A DNA stretch of 64,000 nt from an uncultured Pseudomonadales bacterium (GTDB taxonomy: Bacteria > Pseudomonadota > Gammaproteobacteria > Pseudomonadales > JBECKS01). Below are positions 58,489 through 64,000 of the stretch, one piece after another (the stretch's first letter is position 1; each line of letters opens with the position of its first letter). The stretch lies in the NCBI GenBank assembly GCA_964557005.1, contig CAZKYI010000002.1, positions 129,526 to 193,525 of the forward strand, read 5' to 3'. The notes below the pieces were generated by a model. The model was not told the DNA's origin. It was given only the letters and a program-made list of their open reading frames with translations, and searched no databases. A program made the translations under genes and the position numbers.

Positions 58489-60654
58489 ATGGATGTCAGT
58501 GAAATTCTAAACGGGCTCAATGAAGCCCAACGCGATGCAGTTTCTTCCGATGCACAACACCTTCTGGTTCTGGCCGGTGCCGGTAGCGGTAAAACACGGG
58601 TGCTGGTGCATCGTATTGCGTGGATGCTGCAAGTTAAAGGCTTGTCGCCTCATAGTTTGTTGGCAGTGACTTTTACCAATAAAGCCGCCGCTGAAATGCG
58701 TGCGCGTATCGATAAATTGCTTGGCTATAGCAGTCAGGGCATGTGGGTGGGCACTTTTCACAGTCTGGCACATCGTTTGTTGCGCATGCACTGGAAAGAA
58801 GCGGGTTTGCCCGAGCAATTCCAGATTCTTGATGCCGATGATCAGCATCGTCTCATCAAACGCATTCTTAAAAATCTGGGGCTTGATGAAAACCGTTGGC
58901 CACCCAAGCAGGCGCAGTGGTTTATCAATCATCAAAAAGATGAAGGGCTGCGCCCGCATAACATTCAGGTGTATGACGATTTTAATCTGAAAACACTGGT
59001 ACAGATTTATGCAGCTTATGAAGACGCTTGCCGTCGGGGTGGCATGGTCGATTTCGCCGAGCTGCTGTTGCGCACACATGAATTGCTACTCAACAATCCA
59101 GCGTTGTTGCAGCATTATCAGACACGCTTTGCGCATATTCTGGTCGATGAATTTCAGGACACCAACACCATTCAATATGCGTGGGTGCGTTTGCTGGCTG
59201 GGAAAAATAGCGCAGTGACGATTGTGGGCGACGACGATCAAAGTATTTATGGCTGGCGTGGTGCGAAAATCGAAAACATTCAAAGTTTTGGCTACGATTT
59301 CAAGCAAGCGCAAACGGTGCGACTCGAACAAAATTATCGTTCCACGCAAAATATTCTCAGTGCTGCCAATCAGGTCATTGCCCATAACAGCGGACGACTG
59401 GGGAAAAATCTGTGGACCAGTGGCAATGAAGGTGAACTGATTGGCCTGTATGCCGCGTTTAATGATGTTGATGAGGCACGCTACATGGCGGAACGGATTC
59501 AGGACTACATCGCGAAAGGACATAGCCGCGCACATATTGGCGTGCTGTATCGCTCCAATGCGCAATCGCGGGTTCTGGAGGAAGCCTTGTTGCGTCTGGG
59601 TATTCCCTATCGCATTTATGGTGGTCAACGTTTTTTTGAACGCGCCGAAATTAAAAATGCGCTCGCCTATTTGCGTTTGATGGCCAACCCTGCAGATGAT
59701 GGCGCATTTGATCGTGTTGTTAATACGCCTACGCGCGGTATGGGTGATAAAACGCTGGAGCAGATTCGCAATTTCGCACGTGAACAAAATTGTGATTTGT
59801 GGTCGGCATCTATCCAGATTCTGGAAAATAATGCCTTGCCTGCACGCGCAGCCGGTGCACTGCGTACCTTTGTGGAATTGATTATTCAACTGAAAAACAG
59901 CACCACTAACATGGCACTGTGGGAACAGGTCGAACATTTGAATGAACATTCGGGTTTGGTGGCCATGTACGAAAAAGACAAGGGTGAAAAAGGTGAAGCA
60001 CGTTTGGACAACCTGCAAGAACTGATTCATGCCGCGCGAGAATTCGATAGTGCAGGTTTTGATCAGGAAGCCTTTGCTTCGCCCTTGCTTGCTTTTCTCG
60101 ATCATGCTGCACTTGAAGCGGGCGAGCGACAGGCCGATCAATTTGAAGATTCGGTACAGTTGATGACTTTGCATTCTGCCAAGGGGCTGGAATTTCCTAT
60201 CGTGTTTTTAACGGGTCTGGAAGAAGGTTTGTTCCCAAGCAAGCAATCGCATGAAGATAATCAACGCCTCGAAGAAGAAAGACGCTTGTGTTATGTCGGC
60301 ATTACCCGTGCCATGCAGCATTTGCATGTGAGTTATGCGGAATCGCGCAGACTTTACGGCACTGAAAATCTGTGCAGCCCTTCGCGCTTTCTTAAAGAAA
60401 TTCCCACCAATCTGATACAGGAAGTGCGCATAAAATCCACCGTTACTCGCCCGTCGATTGTCAGGCAAAGTATGCGAGAAACACTCAATGACGTTGGTTT
60501 CGCTTTGGGTGAGCGTGTGCTGCATGCTAAATTTGGTGAAGGCACGGTATTGAGTTGTGAAGGCGCTGGTGCCAATGCACGCTTGCAGATAAATTTTGCG
60601 GAAGCAGGTTCCAAATGGTTGGTGCTGCAATACGCCAATCTTCAAAAAATTTAA
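58489..60654 (+). CDS. uvrD: DNA helicase II
   Basis: LLVLAGAGSGKTRVL, VDEFQDTN, YRS and MTLHSAKGLEF. The protein is 721 aa. Confidence 0.95.
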   Translation: MDVSEILNGLNEAQRDAVSSDAQHLLVLAGAGSGKTRVLVHRIAWMLQVKGLSPHSLLAVTFTNKAAAEMRARIDKLLGYSSQGMWVGTFHSLAHRLLRMHWKEAGLPEQFQILDADDQHRLIKRILKNLGLDENRWPPKQAQWFINHQKDEGLRPHNIQVYDDFNLKTLVQIYAAYEDACRRGGMVDFAELLLRTHELLLNNPALLQHYQTRFAHILVDEFQDTNTIQYAWVRLLAGKNSAVTIVGDDDQSIYGWRGAKIENIQSFGYDFKQAQTVRLEQNYRSTQNILSAANQVIAHNSGRLGKNLWTSGNEGELIGLYAAFNDVDEARYMAERIQDYIAKGHSRAHIGVLYRSNAQSRVLEEALLRLGIPYRIYGGQRFFERAEIKNALAYLRLMANPADDGAFDRVVNTPTRGMGDKTLEQIRNFAREQNCDLWSASIQILENNALPARAAGALRTFVELIIQLKNSTTNMALWEQVEHLNEHSGLVAMYEKDKGEKGEARLDNLQELIHAAREFDSAGFDQEAFASPLLAFLDHAALEAGERQADQFEDSVQLMTLHSAKGLEFPIVFLTGLEEGLFPSKQSHEDNQRLEEERRLCYVGITRAMQHLHVSYAESRRLYGTENLCSPSRFLKEIPTNLIQEVRIKSTVTRPSIVRQSMRETLNDVGFALGERVLHAKFGEGTVLSCEGAGANARLQINFAEAGSKWLVLQYANLQKI

Positions 60655-60701
60655 AATACCAACACTAAAAAATTCAAACATCACAGCAAAAGGAGAAACC
60701 A

Positions 60702-61820
60702 ATGAAACGTCGTGATTTTGTCACCGCGCTCGGTGCAGGTGCAGCAGGTGCTGCGCTGGTTGCCTGTAGTCCACAAGCCAAAGAGTGTGCAGTTGATGCT
60801 ACAGGTTCGCAAACATCAGAGAAGAAACAAAAATTTTCTTTCAAGCTGGTCACGGCGTGGCCTAAAAATTTTCCGGGTTTGGGCATGGCACCGGAGCATT
60901 TGGCCAAAACCGTTAAAGCCATGAGCAATGGCCGTTTGGAAATCAAGGTCTATGGTGACGGAGAGTTAGTACCCGCCTTTGAAGTGTTTGATGCTGTTTC
61001 AAGCGGTGCTGCCGACATGGGGCATGCAGGTTCTTATTATTGGGCGGGAAAAATTGCGGCCTCACAATTTTTCACTGCCATGCCTTTTGGATTAACCGCA
61101 CAGGAAATCAATTCATGGATTAACTACGGGGGTGGTCAGGCCTTGTGGGAAGAGCTGTATGCGCCGTTTAATTTAATTCCACGCCAGGGAGGAAATACCG
61201 GTGTGCAAATGGCGGGTTGGTTTAACAAAGAGATCAACTCGCTCGCCGATATTAAAGGCTTGAAAATGCGCATTCCCGGTTTGGGTGGAAAAGTATTTCA
61301 GCGCGCAGGTGGTGTTCCGGTAACTTTGCCAGGTGGTGAACTCTATACCTCCATGCAAACAGGGGTTATTGATGCAACCGAATGGGTAGGCCCTTATAAC
61401 GATATGGCGTTTGGTTTCCATGAAGTTGCCAAATATTATTACTATCCGGGCTGGCAAGAGCCTGGCGCGATGCTGGAATTCACCATTAACAAAAGTAAAT
61501 ATGAAGCCTTGCCTGATGACTTGAAAGCCATTCTCGATATTGCCTGTCAGGAAACCAATCAGAATATGTTGAATGAATATACCGCAAGAAATAATCAGGC
61601 ACTTAAAACACTGGTGGAAAAACACAAGGTTCAGTTGCGCAAACTGCCTGACGATGTGTTGAAAAAACTTAAAGAAATTTCGGAAGAAATCGTTAAAGAA
61701 CAAGCGCAGGAAAATGATTTGATTAAACGCATTTACACATCGGCGAAAGCATTTACCGAACAAGCCAGAAGTTACCATTTGATTTCCGAGCTTGCGTATT
61801 TGCAGGCGCGCGAACTTTAG
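60702..61820 (+). CDS. TRAP transporter substrate-binding protein (DctP family) with a Tat-type signal
   Basis: MKRRDFVTALGAGAAGAAL is a twin-arginine leader. FKLVTAWPKNFPG and VGPYND are typical of the DctP-type 'mannitol/chloroaromatic' subgroup. Confidence 0.85.
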   Translation: MKRRDFVTALGAGAAGAALVACSPQAKECAVDATGSQTSEKKQKFSFKLVTAWPKNFPGLGMAPEHLAKTVKAMSNGRLEIKVYGDGELVPAFEVFDAVSSGAADMGHAGSYYWAGKIAASQFFTAMPFGLTAQEINSWINYGGGQALWEELYAPFNLIPRQGGNTGVQMAGWFNKEINSLADIKGLKMRIPGLGGKVFQRAGGVPVTLPGGELYTSMQTGVIDATEWVGPYNDMAFGFHEVAKYYYYPGWQEPGAMLEFTINKSKYEALPDDLKAILDIACQETNQNMLNEYTARNNQALKTLVEKHKVQLRKLPDDVLKKLKEISEEIVKEQAQENDLIKRIYTSAKAFTEQARSYHLISELAYLQAREL

Positions 61821-61839
61821 GCACTTTACTCAATAAAAC

Positions 61840-61864
61840 GTGCGCCTCATAATGCGCGCCTTTT
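61840..61864 (+). terminator. probable rho-independent terminator after the TRAP binding-protein gene
   Basis: Stem GTGCGC/GCGCGC with one G-T pair, an 8-nt loop, then CTTTTC. Confidence 0.45.
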
Positions 61865-61894
61865 CATCAACGCATCTAACAAGACGAGCTTATT

Positions 61895-62176
61895 ATGTTT
61901 AAAGTGAATGAATATTTCGATGGCAAAGTAAAATCGATTGCTTTTCAGGGCGAACAACTGCCTGCAACTGTCGGTGTGATGGCTGCAGGGGAGTACACCT
62001 TTGATACATCAAAGCATGAAACCATCACCATTATCAGTGGTGCTTTAACGGTAAAATTACCCAATGCTTCTGAATGGCAAACCTTCAAGGCGGGTGACCG
62101 TTTTGAAGTAGCCGCCAATAAACTTTTTGATTTAAAAGTCAAAACTGATACTGCCTATCTGTGCACCTACGCTTAA
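61895..62176 (+). CDS. ppnP: pyrimidine/purine nucleoside phosphorylase PpnP (DUF1255)
   Basis: [17 protein letters not shown], and 93 aa. Confidence 0.9.
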   Translation: MFKVNEYFDGKVKSIAFQGEQLPATVGVMAAGEYTFDTSKHETITIISGALTVKLPNASEWQTFKAGDRFEVAANKLFDLKVKTDTAYLCTYA

Positions 62177-62185
62177 GGAGCCGCT

Positions 62186-62668
62186 ATGAAAGTGTCTAAC
62201 AACACCGTCGTCAGTTTTCACTATGAATTGAGTGAAGCAGGGAAAGCAATAGAAAGCTCGCGCGATAGAAGCCCTGTGCTGAGTTTAATCGGGCAGGGTG
62301 GGCTGATTGTTGGCCTTGAAAAGGCTTTGCTCGATAAAACAGCCGGAGAAACTTTTGAAGTGAGTGTGCCGCCTGAAGAAGGCTATGGTGAATATGTTGA
62401 GCGTGAGTTGATGCGTGTGCCTATCAAGCACTTGTTAGGCTCACCTAAAAAAGTCAAACCCGGACAGGTGGTTTATGTGAACACCCAGCAAGGCCAGCGT
62501 TCTGCGGTGGCGGTAAAAGTCGGCAAGTTCAATGTTGATGTCGATACTAATCATCCTTTTGCGGGAAAAACGCTCGATTTCAAAATTGAAATTCTGGATG
62601 TGCGCGAAGCGACTCAGGAAGAAATGGCGCATGGTCATGCACATGGTGCGGGTGGGCATCATCACTAG
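62186..62668 (+). CDS. slyD: FKBP-type peptidyl-prolyl isomerase SlyD
   Basis: VVSFHYEL..., an IF-domain insertion, HPFAGKTLDF and a His-rich tail HGHAHGAGGHHH. Confidence 0.9.
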   Translation: MKVSNNTVVSFHYELSEAGKAIESSRDRSPVLSLIGQGGLIVGLEKALLDKTAGETFEVSVPPEEGYGEYVERELMRVPIKHLLGSPKKVKPGQVVYVNTQQGQRSAVAVKVGKFNVDVDTNHPFAGKTLDFKIEILDVREATQEEMAHGHAHGAGGHHH

Positions 62669-62814
62669 ATGATTGAGGAATTGCAGATGCAATTTGTCGT
62701 AGAACCTGTTGGCTATGGCGCGAGGCACGTCTAAATGATCCGTCTGGCAATGTAATCTGCCTGTTCTGGGCAGGCGACAATCGCAAGAATCCTCCTTGGC
62801 GAGTTACTGCCTAA
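62669..62814 (+). pseudogene. 5'-truncated, frameshifted remnant of a VOC (glyoxalase/bleomycin-resistance fold) family gene
   Basis: Frame A reads ..QFVVEPVGYGARHV then a stop at 62732. Frame -1 continues LNDPSGNVICLFWAG... to a TAA at 62812. Together these resemble the C-terminal E.P...G.R......DP.GN.I.L motif of VOC proteins. Confidence 0.4.
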
Positions 62815-62858
62815 CAAGGACAACCAAAGGAAACTGCATTGATGTTGAAGCATTATGC
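62809..62858 (+). other. attC-like site following the VOC remnant; weak fold
   Basis: It starts with a perfect RYYYAAC box, GCCTAAC, which contains the remnant's TAA. It ends ATTATGC. The outer boxes pair 5/7 and there is only a 4-bp inner stem (CAAC/GTTG). Confidence 0.25.
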
Positions 62859-62883
62859 GAAAGTTGTATCTAGTTCGAAGTCA

Positions 62884-62911
62884 TTGACATACCATAATTG
62901 ATATATATATT
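62884..62911 (+). promoter_or_regulatory. sigma70-type promoter of the toxin-antitoxin pair, implying a near-leaderless transcript
   Basis: TTGACA (62884-62889), a 16-nt spacer, then TATATT (62906-62911). The ATG at 62921 is only ~10 nt downstream and has no SD. Confidence 0.45.
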
Positions 62912-62920
62912 CATTATAGT

Positions 62921-63205
62921 ATGTGGATTATCTATGAACACAGGCGAGTAGCCAAAAGCCTTTCTTCAGCACCCCTTGAAGTACAAAAGCGGTATGAGAA
63001 GTGGAAAGACATTATTTTTGTTTCGGGCCCTCAAGGCCTTAGAAAAATCAAGGGGTTATTACGTGACGAATCATTATCCGGCGAATGGGCGGGTCATAGA
63101 TCATCAAGATTAAACTTGCAGTATCGGGTCATTTATAAGGTGGAAAAGGATAAGGTTTTGGTTCAGGTAGAAAACGTTACGCCCCACGACTATCGGAGGA
63201 AATAA
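62921..63205 (+). CDS. RelE/ParE-superfamily mRNA-interferase-type toxin in a toxin-first, HigB-like arrangement
   Basis: MWIIYEHRRVAKSL...SGEWAGHRSSRLNLQYRVIYKVEKDKVLVQVENVTPHDY. It is followed 1 nt later by an Xre-type antitoxin gene. Confidence 0.75.
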   Translation: MWIIYEHRRVAKSLSSAPLEVQKRYEKWKDIIFVSGPQGLRKIKGLLRDESLSGEWAGHRSSRLNLQYRVIYKVEKDKVLVQVENVTPHDYRRK

Positions 63206-63206
63206 C

Positions 63207-63467
63207 ATGAGCGAATATAAAAAAGCAGAGCGGTTGGTTGAGCTTTCTGTTGGGGAATCGGTAAGAATTTTGAGAGAGCTTCAGGAGCTTAGCCAGAATG
63301 AGCTGGCCGAAATTTCTGGGATCCCCCAATCAACAATTTCGGCCATTGAAAACGACAGAATCCAGCTTGGAGTAGAGCGTGCTAAGACTCTCGCGAGAGC
63401 ATTGCGCTGCCATCCTGCTGTGCTTGTGTTCCCTAGTTGGGACATCGAACATGAATCAGCCGCATAA
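63207..63467 (+). CDS. Xre-family HTH antitoxin (HigA-like)
   Basis: LRELQELSQNELAEISGIPQSTISAIENDR is an HTH_3 motif. The protein is 86 aa. Confidence 0.8.
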   Translation: MSEYKKAERLVELSVGESVRILRELQELSQNELAEISGIPQSTISAIENDRIQLGVERAKTLARALRCHPAVLVFPSWDIEHESAA

Positions 63468-63520
63468 CAAGGCAGAATATGCGAATATCTGGCAAGGCCA
63501 GTATTAGCTTGTTGTTATCA
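63462..63520 (+). other. attC-like 59-nt imperfect palindrome closing the toxin-antitoxin unit
   Basis: GCATAAC (containing the antitoxin's TAA) ... GTTATCA. ATAAC/GTTAT pairs perfectly, followed by AAG/CTT with a 3-nt bulge and an AATA/TATT stem. The 59-nt length is close to minimal known attC sizes. Confidence 0.35.
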
Positions 63521-63626
63521 AGAGCATGCTTTGTGTCATTTCAGAAAAAGCAGGAATCCAAGATGAATTACGAAATCAATTCTAGTAAGCCCGACAAACT
63601 GATTTGATAATTTAGGAAGCGTAGTC

Positions 63627-64000
63627 GTGTTTTTCACAGACGAGCGAGGCCAGTTTTTCAAGCCTCTCACAGGTAAATACAGAGAGCAGGTGGCAGAATG
63701 CCTGCGCCTGTTGCATGAACGCCTGTACAGCAGCAAAGCTGACTATGGTGAATCACTAAAACGTGAGCAGGTTTTGGATATTTTCATTGAAGCCCTTGAG
63801 CGCGCTCCTCTTTTGGAAGGTGATGATGAAGGCGGGCGGTTTCAATCCAACCGTGAGCAAGCCTCATGGATTCTTAATAACCTAGTTGAACATGGTTGGC
63901 TCAAACGCGATAAAGATGATGCATCTTTCCAATCTACCTATCCTTTTAGCCGAACAGGCCGTCTGTTTACCCAAACACTGACCGATATAGATGGTAGCAG
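63627..64000 (+). CDS. hypothetical protein, N-terminal 124 codons only, running off the window; possibly a winged-helix-type first subunit of a multi-gene system
   Basis: GTG at 63627 with AGGAAG 7 nt upstream. The frame stays open to nt 64000: VFFTDERGQFFKPLTGKYREQVAECLRLLHERLY...REQASWILNNLVEHGWLKRDKDDASFQSTYPFSRTGRLF. It is not in the ORF track because it is unterminated. Confidence 0.5.
   Translation, partial: MFFTDERGQFFKPLTGKYREQVAECLRLLHERLYSSKADYGESLKREQVLDIFIEALERAPLLEGDDEGGRFQSNREQASWILNNLVEHGWLKRDKDDASFQSTYPFSRTGRLFTQTLTDIDGS

Larger units (their letters stand above)
62853..63514 (+). mobile_element. candidate integron-type gene cassette carrying the toxin-antitoxin pair
   Basis: It starts TTATGC (62853-62858), exactly complementary to GCATAA of its own closing box (63462-63467). 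The conserved G before TT is an A here. Confidence 0.3.

Noticed and set aside
59086-60174. A 362-aa minus-strand ORF, plus 58507-59079 (190 aa) and 60208-60702 (164 aa), all antisense to uvrD.
   Set aside because: All lie entirely inside a strongly recognised helicase gene. Their translations are low-complexity (rich in Q, F, I, H and C) with no motifs. They are typical shadow ORFs on the opposite strand.
63536-63736. A 66-aa minus-strand ORF at the window end.
   Set aside because: It is antisense to the better-supported plus-strand gene starting at 63627, which has a strong RBS and a protein-like sequence. The minus-strand ORF has no RBS and no recognisable motif.

Overview
This is a 64-kb chromosomal window from a gammaproteobacterium, roughly mid-40s % GC by eye. 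Gene order is Pseudomonas/Oceanospirillales-like: argB-algC-coaBC next to radC-rpmB-rpmG-mutM, then ftsYEX-rpoH, thiSG-trmB, rph-pyrE and yicC-gmk-rpoZ-spoT-ridA-recG. I call about 75 protein genes. I saw no rRNA, tRNA, CRISPR array, transposase or integrase.

Most of the window is housekeeping or transport:
- a Dpp/Opp-type ABC importer, truncated at nt 1
- cold-shock protein, purU, rubredoxin plus rubredoxin reductase, ubiCA
- TRAP permeases, isocitrate lyase, P-II, an RND/MMPL exporter
- PiT plus a DUF47 partner, pstSCAB-phoU
- uvrD, a TRAP binding protein, ppnP and slyD

The parts worth a second look are:
1. Two small insertions look like integrase-less integron gene cassettes. The first (44.06-45.51 kb, minus strand) has a parDE cassette and a single-gene GIY-YIG/T5orf172 cassette. 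The second (62.67-63.52 kb, plus strand) has a VOC-family gene remnant and a RelE/HigB-like toxin with an Xre antitoxin. In the first, each unit is closed by an imperfect AAC...GTT palindrome and starts with the exact complement of its own closing box; the second is looser (weaker hairpin folds, and the conserved G of one box replaced by A). The second is followed by a truncated gene of unknown type running off the window.
2. A TetR / Rieske non-haem-iron oxygenase / membrane His-box hydroxylase operon has no electron-transfer partner next to it.
3. A translationally coupled run of four uncharacterised genes (SCP2-like, SRPBCC and two secreted proteins) sits between rubredoxin reductase and purU, divergent from ubiCA.
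4. A CsoR-family-regulated sulfide/persulfide detoxification operon has a clear operator palindrome.
5. An 849-aa AlgC-type phosphomannomutase carries a roughly 390-aa membrane-anchored periplasmic N-terminal module.

All functional calls rest on motif recognition and recollection of families. No database search was possible.
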